Source of the DNA: Macrostomum lignano
Taxonomy: Eukaryota
Length of the DNA: 64,000 nucleotides
NCBI GenBank assembly: GCA_002269645.1
Contig: NIVC01003393.1
Span: 35,997 to 99,996, forward strand
Direction: 5' to 3'
A program made the position numbers and the translations under genes. Below are positions 50,512-63,318 of the stretch, piece by piece; within the stretch, counting starts at the first letter, position 1; the number at the start of each line of letters is the position of its first letter. A model generated the notes under the pieces. It was not told the origin of the DNA. It ran no database searches and saw only the letters and a list, made by a program, of their open reading frames with translations.

Positions 50512-51963
50512 CAGGGATCGGTAGATTTTTGCCTCAAAGGCCAGATAAAGAATCCAGCTCATGGCTGCAGGCCAGATGAGAGTGGAAAAGAGAAGGAATA
50601 GACTGTTAGAAGAGAGGAGAGGCGAGAGGAGGATAAGAGAAAATATAGAAGATAACAGGAGAGACGAGGGGGCCAGGGGTGAGGAGAGAGCAGAGAATAT
50701 GGGAGGAAGAAGCGAAAGGAGGGGAGAGAGGAGGGAGAGGAAAGAGTAGAGGCGAGAAGAGGGAGAGAGAAGAGGGGAGAGATGAGACAGATGATAGATG
50801 AGAGAGGAGAGTAGAGAAGAGTGAGAAGAGAGTAGAGATGAGAGAGCAGAGAGGCAGATGAGAGAGGATCGAGAGGAGAGACTAGAAAGGATAGAGAAGA
50901 GAGGAGATAAGAGGGGGAGAGAGGGAGAGAGAGGAGAGAGTTGAGAAAGAAGAGATGATAGAGTAAAGGGAAGAGGGAAAGAGTGGAAAGAGATGAAATT
51001 GTAGAGATAAGAGATGAAGCAGGAGAGAGCAGAGTGCAAAGAGACGAGAGAAGAGAATAGAGGGGAGTGAGTATAGAAGAGGGAAGAGAAGAGAGGAGTA
51101 AGGAAAGAGAGGAGTCAGAAGAGAGGAAGAGAAGAGTACACAGGACAGAGGAGAGTAGAGATGACAGAAGATAGAGAGGGATGAGAGATCAAAGATGAAA
51201 GTGAACAGACGATATGAGGAGAGAGGAGAGTGGAGAGAGAAGAGAGAAGACAAGAGAGGGAGAGAGTATAGAAGAGGGAAGAGAAAAGACGAGAAGAAAG
51301 GAGAAAGGAAAGAGGAATCAAAAAAGGGGAAGAGAAAAGTACAGAGGAGAAATGTGAGAGAACATCTGAGAGTAAAGATGACATATGAGAGAAGGGAGAT
51401 GAGAGAGTAGAAACGAGAGTGAACAGACGAGAGATGGGAGAGTAGAGCGAAGAGGAGAGATAAGAAATAAGAGATGGGAGATGAGAGGTGAGACAAAGGG
51501 AGAGAGAAGTGAGTGAGGAGAGAGGAGGGGGGGAATCGAGAGGACGGGGGAGATAGGGGAAAAGGAGGAGAGAGGAAAGGAAAGAGGGGAGAGACGAAAG
51601 GAGAGAGAAAGAGAGGAGAGAGAGTAGAGAGAGAGAGAGCAGAGAGAGACTGAGAGAGAGCAGAGAGAAATGAGAAGAGATAGAGAAAAGACAAAAGAAG
51701 AGAAAGGAGAGATAAGAGAGCAAAGAGAAGAGAGAAGGGAGGAGAAAGTTGAGAGAAGAGAGAAGAGAGAAGAGAGGAAAAAGAGAGAGGAGAGATAAGG
51801 GAAGTGTTGAGGGTGTGGAGAGGGAAGAAACGAGAGAAGAGGGGAGAGAGGAGAGAAGAAAGAAGAGAGGAAACAAAAGAGAAGATAGAAGCTTCAAAGG
51901 ATCCAAAGGACATAGGGAAAGGCAGAGGTAGAGGGCAGAGGCCAGAGTTTGCCTGACATTCTG
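50512..51963 (-). mobile_element. hAT-like element with a ~1.3-kb purine-rich core; relative of the 17913-18256 MITE
   Basis: End CAGGGATCGGTAG at 50512. The segment 50527-50577 is the reverse complement of 18191-18240 apart from a few mismatches. The opposite end TTGCCTGACATTCTG is degenerate, and no TSD was found. Confidence 0.5.
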
Positions 51964-53169
51964 CGTAGCATCCTAGCCAACAATATCAATGCTTGCTTCA
52001 AATCCTAATTTTACACGAGTGTACTCTATTTTGTTTAACTCTATCCTAACTATTAACAAGTTTTTGTTTGAGTTTGACCTCAGATTTTAGAATACATGCA
52101 AAAATGGTTCTGGGGATTGGAGTTTCCTAGGTTCAAAATCTGCGGGTTTCAATAGCTTGTACAATAAATATAAATACATTTTATCTGAGGTAAAAAATAA
52201 AGATTACAACTATTCATTTTGTGATAGGAGAAAGCATGTAACAATTTAAGTTTATAAGCATACTTATTTTGTTGGTATTTAAATTTTGCATATTTCAAAA
52301 AATTTGTTAGAAGATCAATATATTTGTGTCTTTTGAATATTTAGAAAAAATTAAAATTGGCATAGGCCCTACATTTAATTTTTGTCCTAGCAAATAAGCA
52401 AAATTAGGCCTAAATGTTATTGTTTAATTGTTTTAGTAAACCTCTAAATAAACTTGTCACTTAGGATTATTAGAACAATTTTTTGCTTGCAACCAAAACA
52501 GTTGTCACTAAAGAGTCTATGAGTTTATCACCAAAATTTTTTTTATTTTTATGTCACTAAAATGACTATATTATATAATCCATTCTTAAAGCTATATCTC
52601 TAAACTATAGCCACAATAAATAGGGTTTAGATAGATAGATAAAGCTATAAGATCAATCCAAAAAATGTCACCAAAAAGCATACATGTGCAACTGCTAACC
52701 AACCTGGCCAATCCAGCCACTGTAAATTGTGGTAGACCAGGGATAAGTCGTATAAATGCCTAGCCTAAAAGTACAGATGTAGTACTAAATACTAATTAGA
52801 TGCTGAGGCATTATGTCTCCATAAGACAGTCATAGTTACTCCTGCCATTTACCCAAAATAGCATAAATTTTTGCTTTAGGGTTTTTTTTACAGATAAGTT
52901 GCATTTTTGGTCAAAAAGTAAGTCATATGGGCATGGCCAGTGTAAATCAGGGGGATTGCAATGTATGCCAAAAAGACTGACACTGTATGATTATGCTTAT
53001 ATTAGAGATAAGGTCTAGGGCCTGACATAGGTAGTATGCACTATCCTAAAAAAATCAAAAGCCTAGAAAAAAGTAGAATTAAATTCACCTCAAACAAAAA
53101 TGCTGCATACACACAGGTTAATAGAGCAGGGGATGAATACAAACATTCAAGGACTCAAAAGTAAAAGAT

Positions 53170-53349
53170 CAGTAGCGCAACCAGAAATTTTTTGAGGGGG
53201 GCGGATTCTAGGGGGTAAAGTCCCGGGAGGGGGAGGGGGCGGAAGGGTGGCTCTGTTTTTTGCGAAAATTCGCTTGGTCCCCCTTTGATTTTTTTGGTCT
53301 CCGCCTAAGGGGGGCGACCGCCCCCCCCCGCCCCCTGGTTGCGCCACTG
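53170..53349. mobile_element. hAT-type MITE, 180 bp
   Basis: TIRs CAGTAGCGCAACCAG / CTGGTTGCGCCACTG (14/15); 8-bp TSD TAAAAGAT / AAAAAGAT (7/8). Confidence 0.85.
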
Positions 53350-53688
53350 AAAAAGATAGGAATTTTTAGGTGGCAGCAGGCAGATACGGTCCTATTTGAT
53401 AAATTTATTTATTCTCAAGTTTCATTTATTTCCTATTTGGGTTCGGCTATACATACTACACACTACAGATAACAGAATTGATTTGGGCTAGAGTTGTTAA
53501 GTGGGGCGTCTTTACTAGACGTGCGTGCTAATTAAGGCTACTGCTACTAGGCTTCGTGTTTGTGTATTGTAAAGCACATAGCTTTTGTGTCCGTAAAATC
53601 CATCTGAAACTGAAAATCGCTTGAATATTCCTTTGGTTTCATCATAAAGTGACTCACTGAAGTCACTCTGGCCAGCCTTTTCTACAAA

Positions 53689-53948
53689 GGGCCTTTTCAT
53701 ATTACCAATTCCAGAACCAGAATCGGTTCGGAATTCCAAGAAAAACAGCAGTATAACTATTAAACTCTGTTAATATTTGACTGCCTTAACAACCTAACTT
53801 AGCACAATTTTTCACTTTCTTCTTGGCGATTGTCATTCAATAATAAAAACTTTATAGCACGTATCTCCCTCTAGTTATGGAGACAAAAAGTTATACTTCA
53901 CAAATTGGTTCTGGTTCTGGAACCAGAGCAAGCAATATGAAAAGGCCC
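53689..53948. mobile_element. PIF/Harbinger(Tourist)-like MITE, 260 bp
   Basis: Perfect 15-bp TIR GGGCCTTTTCATATT / AATATGAAAAGGCCC, extended by TTCCAGAACCAGAA; AAA on both flanks. Confidence 0.7.
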
Positions 53949-55225
53949 AAAAACAGTTATTTAAATTTTTCGCGTTACTGATTATAGCAAATTTTGAAAA
54001 GCTTAAAAAGTAAAATTGTAATTTTATGCAAAAACAAGAAACTTTCATCTACAAAATATTTCTTTTCATAAGAATTTTAAGTTCACTGCTTTAAAGACCG
54101 TTTCTATGTAAGCAATCAAAAGTTTAATTGGCAAATTTTACATTATTCATGGAGCTGCGCTTTCCAGTGAGCTAAAACTAATAGTGAGATCTCCACCTAA
54201 TCCCACGGGAGTAAGCCTGTTATTTATAAATATTCAGGATATTTAGGAATAATTTTTGAAAATAATTCTGTCATTATTTGAGAATGTGGCATAGAAAACA
54301 AGCCCAAAGTTATTTAGATTTGTACGCATTTATTCAATACTACAGAACAGAATATTCTAAAGTGGCAGTGCGCCAATTATTATTTAGTTTTTATTTACCT
54401 GCTATGCAATAAATTTTGGCTTAATTTTTATACTTCTTAATAGAATAAGTTTTTGGAGTTATATAAACGCAGAATTGTTGAAAAGTTTTAGTGTCTTTTT
54501 TAATTTATTTCTTTAATAACACAATTTTGCAGTTGGCAGCACATTTCTAATACATTAGAAAAACATGTCAATTTCGTGATACAGTTATACTGTTTATCAT
54601 AACTTGAATGGTCTATTCCTTTTGGTGCAATTTTCAGGTTCTGAATTTCTAACTTGGGATTTTTTGCTTTTGTTTAATTTCTTATTAGTTAAAAAATTGT
54701 GTTCAAAAAAGCTACTGAAAATAGGACTCAAACTAAGACTCAATAAAAAGCTGCGTAAGACTTATTCCGTCAATTTTTATTGAAAGAATGTTGCTTTGGT
54801 CCTTTCGATCCATACATTCAAAAAGGGAAGGCAATCTTGTTTCCATGCTTAGTTCCAATTAAAATGACACTTATCATTGGCCATTTTTAATGCCTAGTTT
54901 ATGCAAGAGAATATACTTTTTCTGTAACAGGAATTCAATTGTCACTTCCCCTCATGTGAGCTGACTAGATTATTGTAATATTTTAGTGAATTTAGCAATT
55001 AGAAAATTTATTATAACGGCTATCTATAAAAGCAATATTTATTCGTAAGGAGCTGCTGATACTGATCCATATTTTCCATGGCTTTATCTTACAATCAAGT
55101 CGATTCCAAGATGTGGCTGCTACCTCTTGGTTCATTGCTTGGTTAATAACCAGCTATTTAATTTCATTTTATAGAAAATACTAACTGGGCAATTATGTTA
55201 ATCTTATTTACTATTGATTATTTGC

Positions 55226-57609
55226 ATGATGTCGGACACTCAGAGCCGCAAGTCATCTCAGCCACAGACTCCAGTGCCAGATGGAGCCCAGGAGCCGACC
55301 ACAAAGGAGCAGAACTTCCTCACCGATAAGACGTACCTGCTCTCAACCACCAACTCAACTGGCATCAACCTCTACGAGCACCTGGTCACCTGCCTGCGTA
55401 AGATTCTCGAAGAACGTCCACGGGACGTTGTCGACATCTTCGAGGACATCAGCAAGGAGTGCAAGCGATCGCGTCTCGCCGGCGATGGCGACTCCCTACG
55501 CGGAAAGCTCGACCGCAGCACTGAGATCGCTCTGGCCGAAATTCAGAAGCGACTGTTTAACGTAAGCGCTTGGCTTGGCTGTACATTGTTACTTGTCAGT
55601 CAGGACTTGTTGGACTGTTTTAACTGACTAGAATAGTTCTAATTTATTCTAGAGGCCCGACGGCGACGATGACGAAGCGATGGGCGAGGACGACGCTGAT
55701 CCGAGGCTGCCCAATCTTCTGCAGCTCGCCTTCTTCTTTGAGCAGGGCGGCGTAGGTGAGTAGAGATGCCTTTAATTACGTTATGTCAGGTCTTTACCAA
55801 TAAATGAACACCGCAAATGGGAAGTCTTGTTGTTTTGTTGTGGGCAATAGATGACCTCCGCAACTCCTTGCGACAGCCAACCTGCACTCACTGAGGCAGC
55901 AATTAGGTACCGAACTCCCACAGTTGTTTGCACCTGCCCTGTAGTTCCTTCTTAACATCAGGCCTTATGAGCGTTAATCGCACAAGTAAGATTATACGAG
56001 TAGCAACCCAGGAATTTTACGAGACGTCAGCCACTTTTCGCCGATCTTAGACAGAGAGCAGGTGGTATAAAATCACTCCGAGATATTCCCTGATTCTATA
56101 ATTCACGTCTATTTTCCATAAAATTCTCCTCCATTGCAGGCATCGACAAGGACGAGATCTACCGCATCTGGCTGTCGCTCAAGAAGCTGGTAGACGAGAA
56201 GCCGATCGAGAAGCTGCGCTTCTGGGGCAAAGTGCTGGGCACTGAGCAGAACTACTACGTTGCCGAGGTTGAATTCCGCGAAGGCGAAGGCGAAGAAGAG
56301 GCCGAAGAGGAGGCCGAGCCGGAGCGCGACGACAAGGACGACGAGGAGGGCGAAGAAGAGGAGACGGAGGATGACACTCCCAAGCCGAACTTTAAGCCGG
56401 CTCCGCCGGTACCAAAAGAGGAGCCCGGAACTGGCGCTAACAAGTACGCTTACTTCGTGTGCAACGAGCCCGGAAAGGCCTGGATCCGCCTGCCGAACGC
56501 CACGCCAGCCCAGATTCACGTGGCCCGGCGAATCAAGAAGTTCTTCACTGGCCGGCTGGACGCGCCGATCGTGACTTACCCGCCGTTCCCCGGCACCGAG
56601 GCAAACTACCTGCGCGCCCAGATTGCGCGCATCTCGCCGGGACGCACGTCTCGCCGAAGGATTTCTACACGTTCGGCGAAGAGGAAGAAGAGGAGGAGGA
56701 CGGCGTCGGGCATGAGTCGTGCGCGGAGAATCCCGAGTACGAGCCGCCGCCTGTGCGCGCCCTGGCGGACCCTGAGGCCTGGGCCCACCACGTGCTGCAC
56801 ATCCTGCCGCAGGGCCGCACCCGGTGGTGGAACCCCGTCCAAATTGACGAGGACGAGGAGCTCGAGGACGAAGAAGAGGAAAAAGAGGAGCAGCCCCAGC
56901 CCCAGCCTGAGGTTGGGCCGCCGCTGCTGACGTCACTGTCCGAGGACGCGCCAATTGACGGCATGCAGCCGTGGACTGTGCGCCTGTCCAGTGGCCTGGT
57001 GCAGCGCTTCGCTGTAACCGTCGTGTCGTCCAACCTGTGGCCAGGAGCGCACGCTGTGGCGAGTGGCAAGTAAGCAACGGCGGGCGTCGAGTTATTTATT
57101 GCACAAGGCAGAACATTCGTTTTGCATACACATAGATGCAAATGCCTTGACAGTCGCAGATTCAGAGCTGGTTCAAATTCAAAGAAAGTAAATTACTCAC
57201 TCAGAGTTACTGGATGACATCATGTTTGCGACAAACTGGTACATGTAGTGAGTCCTACTAGGACTCACATTAGACCGCTTCATTCTGTTCTTAGATAGAC
57301 ATGTACTTGCCACACACAAAACTTTTAGTAGTAGAAACAGATGCTTACACTAGCTACTGAACGCCTCCTCTGTACCACAGAGTGTGCGAGAACATCTATA
57401 TCGGCTGGGGCCACAAGTTCACCTCCGAGAACTACAGCCCGGCCCCGCCGCCGCCAGTCATGGCGGAGTTTGTCAGCGACCCGGAGCTCAAAGAGACCGA
57501 TGACCCGACGCCCGAGGAGGAGGCAGCCCTCAAAGCGCTGCTGGCCCAGGCCGAGGAGGGCGAGGAGGAGGGCTACGGCGACGAGGAGGGCGGCGAGGAC
57601 GACGATTGA
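55226..57609 (+). CDS. RSPH4A: Radial spoke head protein 4A/6A homolog, with a -1 frameshift at ~56636
   Basis: Exons 55226-55561, 55653-55755, 56140-57069 and 57381-57609. Motifs: [80 protein letters not shown]|[25 protein letters not shown] and [10 protein letters not shown]. Confidence 0.92.
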
Positions 57610-58324
57610 GAAGAAAATAAATTTAGATTTTGACAGCCGTGTAATTTATCAGCGACAATTCTGGCCTGCCTCGCACAAGTTGTTTCTGACAAGCTGCAAA
57701 ATTAACCTACATTTTAAATAGCTGCTATTGACTACTCTGTGACTTCAACATTCCAGCAGCAAGAGAACAATTATGATTTCTAAAGCCTTAACGAGTTACT
57801 AACGTATTGCAAACCAATTGCTCTCGTGTGTTTCAAAGTTTTGTTTTGGGACAGAAAAATATACGAAATTACGCAAATTTTCTATGTTGCTAAATTTTTC
57901 CTGACTGTCATCATAACAAATACGCTGCTTTGATAAGGTAGTTCACTTGTGCTCGAAAGTGCTTTTGTAACCAAATGCTGCATGTGATGGAAGCACAGGA
58001 AAATGAACAAGATTTCGCAAGTCAAAAGTCACAACAAGTCACAAGTGCAGAGAAAACAGACGTTTTTTATTTTATTTTATTTTAGTTCGCAAAAAATTCT
58101 ACGAGTACTATAACTTTTCTGGAAACTTCAGTAATACAAATTTAGCTTCTAGGTTCTATCTAGTGATGTGATAATATTGATAAAAATATAATAAATTTAG
58201 CTACATATGCTCTTAGCTTTACAGATCTACCTCATTTTAGTTTTTGTTTTCAGTTTTACAGTCTCAAAACAATTTCTAAATATCCGGATAGCTCGGGTTC
58301 CACCAATCAGCAACATTCCGACAG

Positions 58325-60708
58325 TTACATAGCAGCATCGCCGTTGATCAACTTCACTTTGATGATAATTAACGAAGCCAAAGCTACCAAAACTGGCCAA
58401 CAAGCCGCGACAGTCGATTCAGCTGACTTCACTTTGGTTGGTGGCACAACACTACTACCGCCACCGCGAGCAGCCAGCTTGGCGGTGACCAAAGCCTGGA
58501 AGCCGGTCCCTTCAGACTGGAAGAACGCCAGATTTGATGCCATTTTCGACTGCGCAGTGGCTACTGAGCTGCCGCTGTTCAGGTACACAACAACTCTCAC
58601 GGCGAAGAACGACACCTGGTAGGTGTTCATCACGCTACCAATGTCGTCCCAGCGGTCGTTCCGCAGCGCATCAACGAGGCTGAGCGAGAGGACGCCTCTG
58701 GTGTAGGTGGCGTAGGCGCTGTCGAGGTCCGCCTGCTCCTTCGGGTAGACGAACACGTTGCGGCACAGCACGATGACCGTCTCGCCGGACGCCCGGCGAC
58801 TCCTGTGACAGACGAAGCTGTCCGCGCTCACGATTCGCATGTCGTGGCCAAACGCATCCGTGATGTCGATGGACTTGCTGTCGTACGGCACGATGATCAC
58901 CGCAGTACGAACGTAGATGTACTTTTGATTAAGGACGGAGTTTAGCAGGCCAGCAGCATCCGAAGGCCGCTGGTTAGCCGAGGTTCCAATCGACTTTTCA
59001 ATATCGGCTCTGTAGAAGTTATACCAGCTCTTCATTACCAGGTCGTTGCCGACATCCGCCATTCGGCTAACCACCTGGATTGGTTAGAGTAGGGTATACA
59101 AGTTAATTATATGTCTCCGTATAAAAATCAAAGCCAACTACACTGGGCACTGGGGCAGACTAGACCAACGGTTTGATACATGTACTGGCGCGAAAGTACC
59201 CTGCCCTGGTGGATTACGTGTGCTCTAATAACTAATCATCATTAGTTAGTTGGTAAGTTTGTACAGTCAGAAAGAAAACCAAATTGTCATCTCACCAGCA
59301 TCGACTTTTCCCTCCATGCCTGCCTGTCCGTTGTCAACTTCTCCTTAGTCAGACCGAAGAGTCGAATTTTGGCGGCCGTGTCCAAAATGATCGCCTGCTG
59401 GAAAGTGTGGTGCAGCTCCACCATCATCTTCAGGTACAGGATCAGGTCGCCGCGAGCGCAGTAGGTGAGCAGCTTTGCGAACACGGTTTTGTCAGTGAGC
59501 ATCTGCTGCAGCTCTAGTAGAACTCGCGAGCTCTGGAGCTGAGCTGAAAAAGATGTCGATTGACATCAGCTGCATTTCTTGTGACCACTAATTTTTGTCA
59601 GTAAAAGGTTGCGACACAAATGCGATTAAACTCACGCAGCTCAGTGTCAAAAATCTTCAATGCTTCCTCTCGACCAGTCTTAGCTCGCTCCAGCATCTCC
59701 TTGTACCTGCTAAAGAAACCTCTGACAAGAGTCTGACGCGACATCAACTCTCTAGAGACCTGGCCGCACTGCACAACACTCTCTAAGTCTTTGATGGCGT
59801 GGAAATTCGCTTCAATCATAGCGTTCAACTGAAATTGAAAATTGAAACAGGGTGTCGCTCTGAATAAAGTTCGTTGTAAGAAATATCAACGCAAACTCAG
59901 CTTTGAATAGTTTTACTCTACTTATAGTAGACAGACAAGCAATATGTGCGCCCGTCAGGCTTAAGGAAAATAATGCTTCAAACAGAAAACCATCCACCCT
60001 GAAAGCCAGCTAGCTATCTAGCCACAGATATCAGCACTCCCTATAAGCTTTGGCTCAAAGCAGCTGAGCAACCCCCGTAAGCTTTGAAATCTCAGTAATC
60101 CCCCGTGAGCTTTGGCGGACATCTCAGCAATACCCCCGTGATCCAAATTGTCTTAGTTGTATTGAAATTGCATTAAGTGCATCACGTATAAAGCGCATCA
60201 GCCCATTTAAAGTTACGCTCGTACAAAACAGTGTAAGAGCCTTGTTGGCTGATGCACGCTCGGTACGTATTAAGTGAAATGAAACTTAAAAACCAAAGAA
60301 CTAATGAACTTATGTATAGTGGTGACTTACCTCAATAAATCTCTTCTCCAGGTAAGAGTACAATTCAGCGAATTGGTCAGCCTCGTTGAAAAGAATCTTT
60401 CCTAAAACGTCAGTCACTACGGAACTGATGGTAAACACATGTGACAGAAGCTTCAGCTTGCCAGGCATTCGAGCGAACGCATCTGCCAGTATCGAGCTCA
60501 CAGATGACGTCACCTCAAGTAGAAGCTTTGGAATTTCTCTTTCCATTGCGCTGCTGACATTGGCTTGAAAAGTCTGACGATCGTTGTTCCGCCATGAAGT
60601 TGAAATTCCCGTCTCCAGATCCGACAGCCGATCCAGACTGTTCTGCGAGCTGCTCGGCAGCTGGGCCAAAAACAGCAAGATCAGAACGGGCGCCGCTTTG
60701 AAAAGCAT
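58325..60708 (-). CDS. Uncharacterised secreted/GPI-anchored protein, Rapunzel/Cry-toxin-N-like, paralog A, 522 aa
   Basis: Exons 60708-60331, 59828-59636, 59543-59296 and 59074-58325 (1569 nt), all GT-AG and in phase. Signal peptide MLFKAAPVLILLFLAQLPSSSQ; C-terminal hydrophobic tail VAACWPVLVALASLIII. The family assignment is by recalled similarity only. Confidence 0.85.
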
Positions 60709-60838
60709 TTGCCAATTGTATCTTTTAAGGCTTAACTTAAAACTGAATGGCAGTCTGTAATGCAGTCGAACTGAGAACCACAGAATCTAGAACTATTGGC
60801 GCTGTTGTCATGCCGCGTAAACAGATCACTGCCAGCTC

Positions 60839-60846
60839 TATTTATA
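60839..60846 (-). promoter_or_regulatory. TATA box (TATAAATA) of paralog A
   Basis: About 130 nt upstream of the ATG; the same octamer lies upstream of paralog B. Confidence 0.45.
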
Positions 60847-61375
60847 TTAGCTTGTCGTATGCGCTCATACATCTTAGAGTGCAGCGCAGTTGGTCAATGA
60901 CAATAGAAGTGGAACTTCACTCTATATTTTAGCACCTGGCTACCTGTCGCATTGCACATCAAGTACAGCAAATTTGCTAGTCTTTCTCCACGAACACAAG
61001 CTGTTTACTCGTAACCAAAGCGGTTGTATTAAAAAAGAGAACTTCGCTTTTGCTGTTTGCATTACAGTTTGTTTAAATGTAGGAAAAATTAAAATACGAG
61101 GGCACGAGCTGTTTTAGAAAGCATCGTCCAACTCTTACGAGCTAGCTTAATTATATAGCTACCAGTATATTTCTGAATTGTTAATAACGGCGTTTATTAG
61201 AAAGCTTTTTACCCTTTTTTATTATAATGAGATTATTTGAATTCGAAAAGAAAAAAAGCAGCGAAAAAAACAGAAGGCGAATATTTCTTTATTTCTCAAG
61301 GGTTAGCTACCTAGATTAGATCAAAAAGAATATTGTAGGCTACTTTGGAGTCGCGAACTATGCAAGTTAATGAAT

Positions 61376-63246
61376 TCAGTAGAATTTCATAATCAGGATG
61401 CTAGCCAGGGTTAAAGCTGGAGCCGCAGGCCACAGACCGGCGATGGCTGCACCATTGGCCTTCACTTTGGCTGGCGGCACAACTTTGTTGACAGCCGACG
61501 GTGAGCCGCGCACCAGCTTGGCGGTGACCAGGGCCTGAAAGGCGGTCCCCTCGGACTGGAAGAACGCCAGATCCGACGCTGCACTCGACTGCGCAGTTGC
61601 CACTTCGCCGCTGTTCAGGTACACAACAACTCTCACGGCGAAGAACGACACCTGGTAGGTTTTCATCACGCTACCAATGTCGTCCCAGCGGTCGTTCCGC
61701 AGCGCATCAACGAGGCTGAGCGAGAGGACGCCTCTGGTGTAGGTGGCGTATGCGCTGTCGAGGTCCGCCTGCTCGTCCGGGTAGACGAACACGTTGCGGC
61801 ACAGCACAATGACCGTCTCGCCGAACGCTCGGTGTCTCCTGTAGCAAACGAAGCTGTCCGCGCTCACGGTTTGCATGTCCTGGCCGAACGCATCCGTGAC
61901 GTCGATGGACTGGCTGTCGTGCGGCACTACGATCACAGCAGTACGAACGTAAAAGTACTTGGTGACCAAGGCGGAGTTCAGGTCGTTGGCTGCCTGCTGT
62001 CCGGAAAAGGAAACCGTCTTGCTCAGCGACTTGTCCACGTCTTTCACGTAGAAACTGTGCCAGGTGTTCCTGACCAGCTCGTTTCCGACTTCCGTCATCA
62101 GATTTACCACCTGAAGCAGAATGTTTCATCTAGCTAAATGATAATTAAGGTGATTATTTTTGGATTAGCAATGAGAACATCAACTTTTCATAACATGTCC
62201 AGAATATCTTACTAGAGACGACTGATTCCTCCAGTATTCCCGGTCAGACGACAGGACCTCTTTGGTCAGATTGAACAGACGAAGCTTGGCTGCTGTGTCC
62301 AGAAAGATTGCCTGATTGAATGTGTGGTGCAACTCAAACATCATCTTCAGGTACTTAGAGTAGTCTCCCTGAGCGCAGTAGGTGAGCAGTTTGGAATACA
62401 GAGTCTTCTCAGTGAGCATCTGCCGCAGCTCCAACAGGATTCTCGAGCTCTGGTACTGGGCTATAGAATGAAAAATACAACAATGCCTCAACAGGTGTAA
62501 GAAAGGTAGATGTCGCAATATTTGATACTCACGCAGCTCAGTGTCAAAGATAGCTAGTGCCTGGCCTCGGTCAGTCTTGGCTCGCCTAAGCATCTCAGTG
62601 TATCGGGCAAAGAAGGCGCGGACTACGTTTTGGCGAGACTTCAGCTCGCTGGACTCCTGGCCGCAGAGTACGATGCTCTGCAGTTCCTTTATGGCGTGGA
62701 AGTTCGACTCAATCATGGCATTTACCTGTGAGTTGAAGATTGAGAAAGTTTCTATATGCTTGGTTTAACCTCGGTTAACCTTGGCAACCCCCTTAGCTGC
62801 ATGTAAACTGTGCATTGCAAGGAGCCACCATCATAATACTGAAAGCAATGCAATACCTTGCTAAATTCCTCTTGGAGGTAGTCGTAGAGCTCAGCGAACT
62901 GATCCTCTTCAGGAAACAAAATCTGGCCAAGGATGTCGGCTACAACAGAAAGAATGGTGAACACGGCGGACAGGATCAATAAAGGCGGAAACAAGGACAG
63001 TACGGAGGCGGTGGCCGCAAAAACACTGGCGGTGATGCCAAGCACCAACTGCGGTATTTCTTTAGTCATGGCGGCGTCAACGTCAGTCTGGAAGGTGACC
63101 CGATCGTTGTCTCGCCAGGAGACGGAGATGCTGGTCTCCAGGGCTGTCAGGCGGGCCAGAGGGCTCGGGGTTGGTGTAACCAGCTGACTCGAGGTGGCGG
63201 GCAGCCGAGAGACAAGTAGGAACAGGATGAAAGCCGCTATAGACAT
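61376..63246 (-). CDS. Uncharacterised secreted/GPI-anchored protein, Rapunzel/Cry-toxin-N-like, paralog B, 521 aa
   Basis: Exons 63246-62857, 62725-62533, 62460-62213 and 62110-61376 (1566 nt). Intron phases and internal exon sizes (193, 248) match paralog A. Signal peptide MSIAAFILFLLVSRLPATSSQ; GPI-like tail ANGAAIAGLWPAAPALTLASILIMKFY. Confidence 0.87.
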
Positions 63247-63318
63247 GGTGGGACATGCGATTCTACTATAGAAATTTATCAGTGGTTCTGCGTTGACTGT
63301 AAACACCTTCACTTCGCA

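Noticed and set aside
48145-51931. Leu/Ser-rich 'membrane protein' ORFs
   Set aside because: These are translations of CT-rich low-complexity DNA with no domain structure.
54839-54852. RFX X-box upstream of the ciliary gene RSPH4A
   Set aside because: Only a half-site (GTTTCCATG); the second half does not match.
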